Origin: Microthyrium microscopicum | Taxonomy: Eukaryota | NCBI GenBank assembly: GCA_010405405.1 | Contig: MU004235.1 | Coordinates: forward strand, 1,006,538 to 1,070,537 | Direction: 5' to 3' | Length of the DNA: 64,000 bases | Shown here: positions 38,144 through 50,353 of the stretch, in pieces | How the letters are laid out: each line of letters starts with the position of its first letter | Numbering within the stretch: the stretch's first letter is position 1 | The notes under the pieces: generated by a model | What the model saw: the letters and a program-made list of their open reading frames with translations, nothing else | Told to the model about the DNA's origin: nothing | The model's database searches: none | Program-made: the position numbers and the translations under genes

Positions 38144-40325
38144 TTACTCGGTAGAGCCACGTTCATACTTGATAGGATGGAAGAGTGTCGCGCGTAAGCA
38201 CATGCGGCCAGTCTTGGTCAGTTCATGCCAGGTACCGCCTTCATTGTTCTCCCGATAGCCGAACCAGCGTCGCCAAAGTGAGCCAGAGAATTGGGCGTGA
38301 TAGTAGAAAGAGCTGTCCAGCTGGTTATGTTCACCCCAACCAAAAACACTGTCTGTTGGCACACGAGGATGGTTGAATATTTGATCCATGTACTCTAGAG
38401 GCCAGTTATGATTGAAATAGGTCGGGTGTGGTACATATGCAGCCTTGAATCCGTGGTGAAGCGCGATTGTGGGGGGCCACATCTCCGGGAACATGGTGTG
38501 TCGCATTTTGTAAGTCTCTTGATGAGCCATATCCAAAAGGCGTTTCGAAATACGAGCCACGGTGATGATGGCAATGCGGCGAGGTGGAATAGGATGAGTT
38601 CGGCTGTAACCGTCAACATCATTTCTGAAGACCCAATTTGTCTTGGATGGATCAAATATTGGATTGAAGCTGAGATAATCGGCTTCTTCACCGACACCCC
38701 ATTCATAGTTATCGTCGAGGTATTCACGAGGAGGGGTGTTCGAAGCTGGCGATTCGAGCATGCCATTGTTGGGGAATTGGACTGGTCCCCAGACTGGAGG
38801 AGTTGGGTTATCAAGCGTCTCCTTTTCGACAGTTTTGGTGAAGTTGGCCCAGCTTCCATGATAATCTTCCATGTAGTAACGAGAGTTGCGCTCCCATAAG
38901 CCCTTGCGGGGTTGTTGCTTGGCCCATTCACCAATTTGCTTGTTGAACTCGTAATAGTGACCAGAATATCGAAGATCCATTTCCCAGTTCCAGTAGAAGT
39001 CGTATTCTGGGTGTTGCTGAGAGAACCAAAAGAGTGGGAAATGAGCTCCTCGATAAACACCATGGTTTGGTTGACCTGATGGGTTTTCAAAATTCTCAGG
39101 GAATGGTCCAGGGTAATATAGTCTCATGAGCTCCTCAGACCACAAAGTAGTGATTCCCCAAAACTCCTCTGGGACGTTTTCTTCCAAGGTCTTGCGATAG
39201 ACCTCCTTATCGGTCCAGATTGGAATGCTGTCATCTTTTACTTGAACCAGAAGATGGACATCATATTCGCCACCACTTTTCAGGCTGAGTTCAGTGATCA
39301 TAGCCCGCATAGTGAGAAGCTGATGATCATCGTACTTATAACCGGTATATGAACGCAGGATATATGCTTGTCGAGAAATCTTCTTGGTTCCTGTGCTTGA
39401 CTTCTCACTAGTGGAGTTCTTTGCAAATCGGTTTTTGTTCTTTTCGTAGCACCGTTGTTGAGCAGTAGCCCAATTGACCTTTCGCCAATCAATCCTTTTT
39501 TGAGATGCCCAGATTTTGTTTGATCCCACTTTTTCTGATTTCTCGGCAAGCCCAACACCACCTTCATCTTTATCATAACCGTAGCCATATGGCCCAAGCC
39601 GTCCAAAACGTTCCCAGCAAACATCGTCTCGAATATTGAGGGCCTTGTACGACCCCATGAAGTGTTTAGTCATATTTTGTGGAATGCCGGGATACGCATA
39701 CACATCCGGAGGCAGAACGGAGTCTCCATCGTCGAGATAGCAGGTTTGTACCGCGTCGTGATCTTCAAGATACTTGGCAGAAGAAAACTCCGCGTATGGG
39801 TTGTACACGATTGGTTCAATAGGGGGACCAGTCGTCTTTAGCTTTTTCGGTAGTTCTGTACGCATTGAGGCGTTCGGCTGCAGCAAGTCCTCCTGTTGTG
39901 GAACCCAGTCACTCGTGTCGACGATGCTTGCAACACCATTGAAAAATCCGTCGAGTCTAGCGTAAAATTAGTAACAAAACACAAAAACGAACAGTGCACA
40001 GAGAATGAGCTACGCACTTTTGGAATTTCTGCCAGGCATATTGTGACTCTGGTTCTGATTCTGTGGTGTGATGAGTACGGCGGCGAAGACCACCAGCTAC
40101 CATTAGTCCTACGCCGAGGATGGTTGCAGCGAGGATAAACAGAAATCTGGCAATTGACATGCGTCGTAACCGCAGAGGAAATCGATCTGGACTTGGTGAC
40201 CGCCATCTGATTCCAAAGGGATATCCATTCTTCTTAGAGTCGGCTATGGGGAGGAGTTGATATTGGAACTTGTCCTGTGATGGCAGATAACGCCGTAGGT
40301 CGAGCTGCGATATCGAGGGCAGCAT
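38144..40325 (-). CDS. DUF3405 family membrane-anchored protein
   Basis: N-terminal TM; CWERFGRLGPYGYG, MRAMITELSLKSGGEYDVHLLV, YDFYWNWEMDLRYSGHYY, MFPEMWPPTIALHHG, LFHPIK. Intron 39957-40017. Confidence 0.88.
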
Positions 40326-43300
40326 TGTGAATGGCGAGTAGCGATGGAGATTGGGAGTTCACGAGGACATCTAAAAGAATTTGGACAGGATTGAGAGGTA
40401 AGCGAGCCCAGATGACGCGTGGATGTGGGGAATGGCAGGCGAGGAAGGTACGATTGAGGGAGCTGAGATAGCGAGCAGGAGTAGCTGGCGAGATTAGAAG
40501 GTACGACCGAGGGTGTAAAATATTAGAGGTAGCAGGTGCGATGGAAGGAGGAAACCTTGGAAGGAGGAGGAGTCGAAAGCCACAAGTGTCGTAGGAAAAG
40601 CGAATGTACTCGATGTTTTATCGGAGAATGACAGTGTTGAGGGCAATGGGGATGGGAATGCAGACTTTGGTGTAGGTGGTGGTGATGGATTCTGGAAAGC
40701 GTTCAGGAAAATCAGGGCGAAGGAGACAAAATAGGGTGCAGCCACCGCGCAAGCCCGCTACTGCAGCTGCGCGGGAGGCACTAAGGCATTGTGGAAGTCG
40801 CACTAGACAGTTTTGCACGGCTAGTCTTGGCACGCTATACTTTAGTAGGGACTAGGGGTAGCATCGGCGCACTGCGACACCATTGTGGGTCTTTGATTGG
40901 CTGGCCTTCCTGCAACTCCCGATGAGCACAATGCTAACTAAGATGATGAACAGCCAAACAGCCTAGTCGCGCGGGATATTGCCCATATTATTACCACTAC
41001 TAACAACACCATACACCATAATTACGCTACTTGCACACTGTAGCGATACAGGAAGGCAGATAGCAACCTGCAAGCGTGCTATCCTTCCGCTGTGTAATCA
41101 CCAAATTAGATAGAGCTACGGACCTACCTATCATGATCGCACCACAGCTCCGCCTCTATCTTGCCTTGTACTTGGTCACTAAACAGCTACATTCCTCCTA
41201 ATGTTTTCTGACAAGCCGCCTCGCACTTGCTGATCTTGTTACATGATCATATGAGGCCCTCTGACTGCTGGATGTGGGACATTAGCTGTGACTTTTGTTA
41301 CATGGTGAAGATCAATGCTTGCAGTTGTCCTTCATAGTTTGCAAGGGTATTTAATAGACAGGCAAGGCAGGTGGTGTCTCGGCTCTCTATTCTGATGTTG
41401 GGCCCGTTGCAGCAAATTATTTGGGTCTGCCCTCACGCCGTTCAACAAGTCTTCCACCTTGGCAGTTGCGGTCAATAACCAGTGAGAAGGACCATTCATC
41501 AAGGCCATGTTGACAAAATGCCTCACATATTCAAGCTTGATTTGAAAGATGATGAAAATGTCCAGGACTCTTCAGTGCCATCAACTCAAAACTACCTATC
41601 AGCTTGAATCATGCACCCACCATCTTTCTACCGGACTCTCCGCTATATCATATCTGATGTCTTATACCGGTCTGGGTATCTCCCAAGGGACGCCAATTTC
41701 TAACCCTTAAAGGCACATTTGTAACAGCGCCAACCTGAGGTGAGATATCATACCAGAACTGTGAAATTTACAGCTTGGAGGACCTCCTTCTTCAGGGGAA
41801 ATGCTTAGGGCTATGATCTTACACAAGCACAATATCAAATGAACCTTGTCACCAATCTGCGAATATATTTGCCAAAGGACGCTTTTCTAAGAATATCTAC
41901 ACCCTTATAATCTTATCTTATTTACCGTCGGTCGATCCCTTCAGGCAGGCAAATGTTTACAACCCTCATGTCAAATATCTACCAGCCACACATCTATCGC
42001 AATTCAACAACAAACCTTCCAAATCCAGCCTGAGTCGTTTTCAATACTTCTCCATACTGCATGAACCCACTACTTTGGGAGTGGTAACATGCAACAGTGG
42101 CAAGAGTGGCACCCTCAGCCAAAAAGAATCCCAGTTTTGTTTCCTAATTTTGGAATCTTTCTTGAACCATTTTCCTTCATATTTAAGTACCGGTAGTGAT
42201 AATCTTCCCCATAGCGGTTATGCCAGACCAGATTTATATTCCAGGTTCTGGAACTTTTCCCAAAAGGTTTGCTCAGCCTTGGGATTGGCAGCTTACGCCA
42301 CAGCCAATTACCAATGATATCGATTGTTCCTTTTCTTTCTGGATCAATTCTTAAGCCTGGTCTCGCTCGCCACAGCCAGCCATACAGTCCACTCCACCAA
42401 CCAGACCATGCAGACGTACGTCTGTCACTCCACTTGGTGGATCGCTTGCACGCAACCGTCTTTTTGCCGCTCAGCTAAGGCCTAATCTGTACAGAAAGAA
42501 AAATTACGACTGTCCAGAGTCCACGACGTCTCTCAGCCTTTCAACTCCACTGAAAAACACGGCCAACCATGGCTTTTCAGCCTTTCCCAACCTCTCATTC
42601 TTTGAATCTTAAGCGCAGTTTGCATGCAGCATGCAGTCTAAGACATAAGTTAAATTCCATCTTAACTTATGTTCTACGCGACAGTAACGCGTGCTAAGGC
42701 ATGCAACTATATCTTTTAATAACTTGTTGTAATAATGTTCAATGTTTTGACTTTATCAACAAGTCCACACTCATACTTACAGCTGTTTGCTATCCCCATG
42801 TTTGCAACTGACTGTTTCATTGGTTGTTCCATCCAAATCTGCCCCTGTTCCAACTTTACGCAATTTATCTCTCACCACCGACAATTTTTCGTACACCAAC
42901 GTCATGCCTTGGCCAGGCCCCTGAATCAAAAATCAAGCGTCCTCAACAAGCACTTTTTACCTTGAAGATTCATTGAACAAAAGGTTTGCACACTTGAGGA
43001 TCCAACATGAATCCTCACGCAGCAAACCCGTGAACAACTAGCAAATCTCGAGTGGTGATGTTCTGCAACAAATCGAGCTTCGGAAATCCCCAGCCTGCGA
43101 CTCTGCAAATGTGTCAGCGTTGCACGGCAATCAAGCTCAAGTTTCAAGCACGGCCTGAACATCCTGTCAATTGTTGCAAAATATTTGAATGTTCTTTAGC
43201 CATCTCCCCGCCAGACATGAACTTGAGTCGAAAGCCTAGGCCAATACCTGCGGCTAAAACTTCGACCTTGCAGACAAATGCAAGATCTCGCAGCAACGAA

Positions 43301-44805
43301 GCGCTCTATCCACAAAACCTGATTCGTCTGATTGACAACATGAACTATGATCCCCGGTATAGCATCAAGTTCCGGATGTGTCTGGAATATTGTTTCTTTT
43401 GACGGATAGAATCACAAAAGAATTCTGATTCTACACGCATTGTTAATGAATAGAGTGGGGAAGTACACGCCCAGCATCACTAGAATCACCAGATAATAGG
43501 AAGAGTATATGACTACGGTACTTGTCTTGCTACATATCGGTGCCCAATATGAGCGGCATTCGGATTTCGGACCTCGTGAAATGTCAAAGTATGCTATTCC
43601 GGCAAATACCCATTGTACTCCGCATGAAAATGGCGTTGTCCAGGATGCAAGATCTCAGCAAGCCACAGCTTGATCGATACGAACTGTCTACCGACACTTT
43701 AGTCTCTCATGAACCTTGAAACTATACATTAGCGCGCGAACAAAGGGACAAGTTCTCAACACCATTGTCCAACTTCTACAATCTTCAATGATTCATCAAA
43801 ACAATACCTCGTTGCTTGAGCGATAACAGATAACACAGGTTAATAATGCTGCCGTGCCGCGTATGCCCCTCATGCACCTGTCAAAGCCTACATCAGTTTT
43901 CACGATAACGCAAGGCTGGTGAAGTTTATCCCGCTCTCGCTATTATCTACAATGCAGGCGGCGGAGGCTTTCATGCATAGTTTGTGGATATTGTCGGTGT
44001 ATTCATTGCTGCATGTCTGACTATCGATATGTTTCCATCTAGTGTCGTGCTTGATCCAGAGATTGATATTGGTCGTCGGATAGAAGTTGCTGGCGGTCTG
44101 ATGTACAAAGCCCAACCTCGCCAGATGGAATCTGTGGTCAACTGTACACAAAATTTGGGAATTGCTCAACTCAATTGCGGCGGACCCAAATTTCATTCGA
44201 AACGTCGAGTTTACCCTCAGCAGGATAATAGTAGCACTTTTCTCATTGTAAAGATTGAACTTATTCTGCCGTCAAGGTTGTAACTCAATGGCCAAAATGT
44301 AGTTGAACTACCAGTAGCATTCTGATTTGAAAATACTACTGTGAGTATGAGTGTTCGGAGAATCTTAGCGCGATTCAGAACGTCTTATGATAGTGAAAAA
44401 GATTATTGCATACCCGTGAACTTGTTTGGACTTTAGTTTCTAATATTGTAACGTTTCCTCCTTCCTGTAATCTTACTTTGTAGGACTTCAGCACTTATGA
44501 AAGATGAGAATATCGTAACTTTCTGTAAGAAGCATTTTTAGCACTGCATTTAACGATGTTAAATGAGCGGCGCTAGATATGATAAGCCATACAATACCGC
44601 TCACATTGAGCTTTCCATCAAGTGGAAAGTTGGTAGCAGAACGTGCCGCGATGACCATAAAACCAGCGTAATACACTCTGATATAGAAACAAAATTTGTT
44701 CCAAATCATTCTCCCGTTCTTATTGATGCGTCTAGAAACATAAAAGGGTCCTGAAATTTTACCGATCGTGGAAGAATTTACCAATGCTATTTGCGTTCCA
44801 GCAGG

Positions 44806-45760
44806 TCATCCACTTCCACCAAGGCGCCTACCACCAGCATTGAACACAGCCATAAGAACCATCCTTCTATTTTCTAGTTCTAAAACCACGTAGATCTGTG
44901 TTATTTCTCCTTCTCTTTCCATCGCTCCCAATTTCATACTCGAAATCCAAGGTCTCGACAATGCGAAACTTTCAGCCTTGTTCTACACCAACTTACACCG
45001 TTCTACCATTTCTACAACTTTTCCCGAGAACTTCGTATTTCGTTTCAAAAACTTGACAGCTCTTTCTCATACTAGATTTATATATATCTATGTAATTTTG
45101 GGACAAAAATTATCTATGCTTGTGAGAAAACAGCGTAGTGATTCTCTCTCAACAGCAGAGCACAACAGCATCTCGCCAAAATACGACCTCAAGCTACCCC
45201 AGTTCAAACCATCATTCCCATAGCATCCCCGTTTCGTTATTTTCACATATTCACTAGGATCATGCTTCTCTCCAGCCTTCCAAGTACTTTCCCGTTTCGG
45301 CCTCAATGTCAACCAGCCATACACCGTGCCGCAGAAACCCTAGCACTCTAACCAGGCACCCCAGAAAACGTTTCTTTGCCGTTCAGGAAAATACCACAGA
45401 TCATTGTCACCCAATTGAATATCTATAAAACATTTACCGTGCGGAGCTACAAGACCTGTGCGAGTAAGGACTAGGTGGCCAAGTAGCGACTATTTACTTG
45501 CAATTAACAGTTGGCCAGGTAGGTATCTGACTTTGCGGCTCTGCTGACACCTTTTGCACACTTGGTACTTGCGGCGTATCGATGGGAAGTAATATATACA
45601 AGGCCATATAGTGTTTTGATATAGTCCATGTGAAGGCTTTTCTCATTTCCGGTATAGTAGTTCGGCTGTTTCCGGTCCAGTGGAATGTCTTGATGATAGA
45701 GGTATAACTGGTTAATGCGAAGAGGTTTCCCACTGGCGGAGATTGCGTGGGGAGACGGGC
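44806..45760 (-). pseudogene. Probable decayed gene (F-box/DUF7730-like motif suspected)
   Basis: One frame from ~45540 to 44806 reads YLPGQLLIASK*SLLGHLVL...LRCFLTSIDNFCPKIT*IYINL... with five internal stops (45490, 45340, 45088, 45067, 44983). Confidence 0.4.
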
Positions 45761-45926
45761 TGACTTTGAGTCGAAGTCATACCATTTGGGGGTAAGCCTA
45801 ACAGGGCATGGGGTATGGCTATGGATTGTTCCTGTGTGAAGGAGATGTTACAATGAGCATAATCTGATATAAAGGATACCAATCTGAGGCTGGCGTGATA
45901 TAGTTCATTCCTCCCTGACGGAGTTT

Positions 45927-46475
45927 CTAGTCCCGAGTCCTATAAAATCGGTCGAAACGCCTCATTACTGTCTTGTAGTCCTTCTCAGCCTGTTTGATAG
46001 CCCGCTGAATGTGTTCTTGACGTCTTATGGAAGGTTCCTTATCGCTTCGAGATATCCAGTGTACAATCTTTTCACAGCCTTGCACGACTTTGACAAGACC
46101 TATGGCCTCTGCGTGTGCTTGAAGAGACTTTGTTACCCTGAGAATTCATGGGAAATCTCGGAAGACACTGCATAAAAGTTAAGATCAGCTAGGTAGGTCA
46201 AAGGTAACCTACGAAATCTTCTTACCTGCCGGATAGCATCATCATCAGCAATTGTAAATTCTTTTCGTGATTGTCGTATATCAGCGATTTAGAAGATTGC
46301 CTCTTGCTCGTGACGTCCTTTTCCAAGATCTGGTCATATGTTCTAAGGTCAAGCATATCTCGGAAATCTACGGGCTTGCCATTCTATGTTGAACCTGTTA
46401 GCAGGATATCGATAGACGCCTATGAGCAATAGGTGAACTTACCACGCCTACTCTAGTCTTGTTTGCGTGGGCCAT
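45927..46475 (-). pseudogene. Ypd1-like HPt-domain pseudogene, copy B (His-less)
   Basis: ATG 46475; introns 46384-46442 and 46168-46225. NGKPVDFRDMLDLRTYDQILE.../SKSLIYD...|VFRDFP*ILRVTKSLQAHAEAIGLVKVVQGCEKIVHW...IQRAIKQAEKDYKTVMRRFDRFY. Frameshift near 46290, TGA at 46146. Confidence 0.7.
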
Positions 46476-46692
46476 AGTGATATAAGGAAATACTAGGGCC
46501 TCTTATCATTGAAGCCGATGATAACAAGCAATAGGTAGCCTGGTGTTCAGGTATAGTGATAAGTCCAGAGAAGGATTTGTGAAGGGTTAAAGTTGTCGAG
46601 GATATACTAGGTAGACGAATGGGTAGTAAGGAGAGATCTTGTTACACAAAGTATCTTGGAATGTAAATAATGGGGCCATCTCAACAGCTATT

Positions 46693-47112
46693 TCAAGGTA
46701 ATGACCTATAAAAATGGTCAGAAAGCCTCAGAACTGTCTCATAATCGGCTTGTATTTGTACAATAGCCCGTTGCATGCTCTGTGAACCCACACCAGTAGT
46801 ATTACTTAGGCGTATATATCTCTCAATCTCCTCACAGCTTTCCTTAACTCTACCGATATTTGTAGAGTTTGATCGAAAAGATAGCGTAGCTGCAAGAAGC
46901 GCAGGGAAATATCCTCCAGCTCTAAAAAAAAGTTTAGAGCAGTCCCGGCCTAAATTGCCAGCTTCAGGTAATGTTATTCTTAGCTGGCGCCCCGTATACT
47001 TGCTAGCAATACCAAGTTCTGACGAATCTCTCTCGTTAGCAGTGTCCATTTCCGATATCGTGGCAAAGCTGTTGGGATCAAGATCATCTTGAAAGTCTAC
47101 TGGATCACCATT
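46693..47112 (-). pseudogene. Ypd1-like HPt-domain degenerate gene, copy A (His-less)
   Basis: NGDPVDFQDDLDPNSFATISEMD...YFPALLAATLSFRSNSTNIGRVKESCEEIERY...MQRAIVQIQADYETVLRLSDHFY. Same acceptor positions as copy B; the intron-2 donor appears as CTAAGA instead of GTAAGA. Confidence 0.65.
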
Positions 47113-47649
47113 CTATGGTAAACTATAAGGTAGGTGCTTGTATGTGATACGTGAAGTCATTTTTCAGAAGATGTTGTTGTGTAAGCTATCATAATGATAC
47201 CACTTCAAGGTCTGGCCGCGCTGAAACAGGATGTACACCCGGTTGAGGTGTACCAACGCGAGCCATACCCCAGACAATGACGTCGAATACTCCGTGATCT
47301 GCGGTGCAAAAGACAAGCGATTCGGTAAAGGATTCGCTAGCTAGCAAGCCTGGTAATTTTCAGAAGCAACAAAAGGCCCCAGTACAGGCCTACTTGTACA
47401 AGGGCTGACCGAGGATGAAGTTAGCATCAGCCAATAAGCGTTTTTAAAGGAAGAAGAACGTGAAAGAATAGCTGGAAAAAAAGACAATGGAAAAGTTGTG
47501 TTGTTCTATACCAGGGGTCAACTAAGCTTTTGTATAACAAACGAATCCATGCCCATCGTGTCACATTCCGCGCAGCACAACGCGCGGCCAGTTTCTATGC
47601 ACTTGCAAATCAACACCCAGAGCCGCAATGCAACAGCTTGTGAGCTAAA

Positions 47650-49359
47650 TCAGTTCTTTTCCAACCGAACTGCAGCGTTACTTTCAATGAAGCCCAAATC
47701 CACCTTGTGTCCAAGCAAGTCACGGATATTGCTCACCCCGTACCGAATCATCGTCGGCCGCTCAAGACTGAGCCCAAAGCCATATACGCGCATATCTGCT
47801 GGCAGACCCATAGGCTCAAGCATTTCAGGCCGGAACATGCCACTGTTGCCAATTTCCACCCACTTGCCCAGTCCCTCGTGGTAACCGAAGATTTCCATGG
47901 ACGGCTCAGTGTAAGGATTGTAGGCAGGCTTGAAGCGCAAACCAGTGATGCCTAGCTTGGCGAAGAAGTCTTCGAGGAACTTCATAAGGCCGCCGAGAGT
48001 GAGGCCAAAGTCGGCAATGACGCCTTCCACTTGGTGAAATTCTGCCAGATGGGTGGCATCGACGGCTTCGTTACGGAAGACACGGTCGATGGAGAAATAG
48101 CGAGCAGGTCGTGGATCTTCAGCGAGACGATGAAGGGCCCAGGTACTTATGGCGGTTGTGTGTGTTCGCAGAACGAGGCGTAGAGATTCCTTTTCGCTCC
48201 ATTTGTAGCGATAGCCTATTGAACCAAAGGCACCCTTTTCGTGAACTGCTTGTGTGTTTTTCCAGTATTGCTCGTAATCACGAGGCTTGGTTGGCCGTGG
48301 CTCTGGTGTGGCGTATAATGTTCTTGCTCCTCGTTCCATGTCGTCCATTGCTTTTTCAGCCTCTGGGCATTCGCGAGGTTTGTCACCAGCTGGTGGATCT
48401 GATATGAAGAAGGTGTCTTGCATATCTCGTGCAGGATGTTGCTGTGGGACAAAAAGCGTATCGAAGTTCCAGAAGCCGGTTTCCACGAATCTGTTCATGT
48501 CAGTACGGATAAATATAGAAGCTTTAGGGTGTTATCGACCTGTTGGTAGGCATCTCGACAAAGCCTTGGTTGAAGAAGATTTGTCTGAATTCCGCTCGAA
48601 CTTTGTTCAATGGATGCAGAGCGCCAGAATTTTGTAGACCTCCTAGCGCCTTGAAGTTGTACGGTTTAAAGTCTGTGGTCTGCCATGATCCACTACTGAG
48701 CATCTCGGATGTGAGATCAGTTGCTTCGAATGGAATCTCTTTGGCATACTTTGGTCCCTTACGGACTACATAATTGATAAGTTTCCCGGTTTTAACAAGC
48801 TTGCGCTTTTTGAGATCTGTGAGAGCTTTCGCGTCGGATAGAGAGTTCGTTTGCTGCACTTTTTGGAGAAGCTCTCGCGCACTGTCTTTGGCCTCCTTTG
48901 CTACTGGTACTAGAAACTTTCCGTCCTTGCTAACCCATTTGTTTCGTAGAGCACCAGATGCACCGATCTTGGCTGAGTCTTTACCGACCACATTCTACGA
49001 AGCGTTAGCTGCCGGTTCGCACCATCTAAGCCTGCGAAACATCTTACGGGCAACTCCGCGATTTCCACCTTGCCTTGCTTCCGTACAGCATCCCAAACTT
49101 TGTATTCGTGGCTACCTTGTTCGCAAATTCCCTCAGCCTCGGGTGTCAGAATTACGATTTCGGAATCTTTGGTGTCATATTCGACCATGGACCGGGAGCC
49201 CAGGCGATCGATTGCGGCTTTTATCCGAGGCTGAGAAATTTCAGGGTAATCTTGGTTCGTAACGACTGTGTCCTTGTTGGCAAGTAAAGCGAGTATTTCG
49301 TGGGGCAGGTCTCGTTCGGTGCTGGTTATAACAGGCACAGGGCCACGAGTTGCGGCCAT
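47650..49359 (-). CDS. FRS2: Cytoplasmic phenylalanyl-tRNA synthetase alpha subunit
   Basis: [77 protein letters not shown]. Introns 48995-49047 and 48491-48539. Confidence 0.96.
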
Positions 49360-50353
49360 TGTGGCCAGGCGAAGTTTGCTGGAGGAATTGTTGTAGTGCG
49401 ATATGCGACAGAAGGTGCAAAGATCAAGGGGTAAGAGTTGGGTTTCGGCATTCACTGAGCTCTAATTTTTTGATGACTGGTCGCATCAAAAGAGCTAGGC
49501 CCGTGCGTCTGGAGTTGGCAGTTGTCAGCCTCGTTCCTTCTATATTGAGAATTCGAGATTCACTACTCTGGAATACAATGGGCAATTGCGACCTAGCTTA
49601 CCCGTGACTAGTCTTGAAACTGAAGATTTGGATCTCGGGTAGTACGATAAAGCTATCAGTCGATTTTTGTTCGAATCGAGTGCCAGGCTATAGATGCAAC
49701 CTGTATAATTGATGGGTATCTTATGGATCTTGAACGCCACAACCTGGGGGCGCACGTGCATGGTTAGGTAGGTAGGTATGGATATAGGGAGGGAGCTCTG
49801 TGGAGTCATAATAAGCGGGGTCTTTGGGGGCAGCTTCCAGTAGCCACGGTGTCTGCATAGCAGCTTCGATTACCATCGTGCTCGCTGATTGTCGAAAAGT
49901 CCACTCATTTGATGATATTGAAGCAATCGTCTATTTAAGAAGTGTTATGGCAGATACCGTAGTTAATGGGGATATTCAGTCAAAGGGCTCGGTTATTTTG
50001 AAGCTAGAGAGGGTAGCTCTTTGCTTCTAGTTGTGCTGCTTGTGCTTGTGCTTGTTGCATCTTCATCACCAACAACTCCTGCTTGCCTTCGCTACTTGTC
50101 TACTCTATCCCGCAAACTTTACGTTTCTCAACTTCTCCATGTTGCTTGGCGCACCGCAGTTGCCCTTCCTATAGCGGCTGCTAGCACGCCATGTATCTGT
50201 CCTGCAACACTGTTAACACTTCTCCCATCTTTCTACCTCATAATCTGCGCGGCAGTCCATGAGCCAACTTCAGCTCCTTCGTTACCCATTCAATCTTGTC
50301 GGCTACCATCCGTCTTTCTGGCTCTAGGCTAAATACGATACCGCATCTACCCC

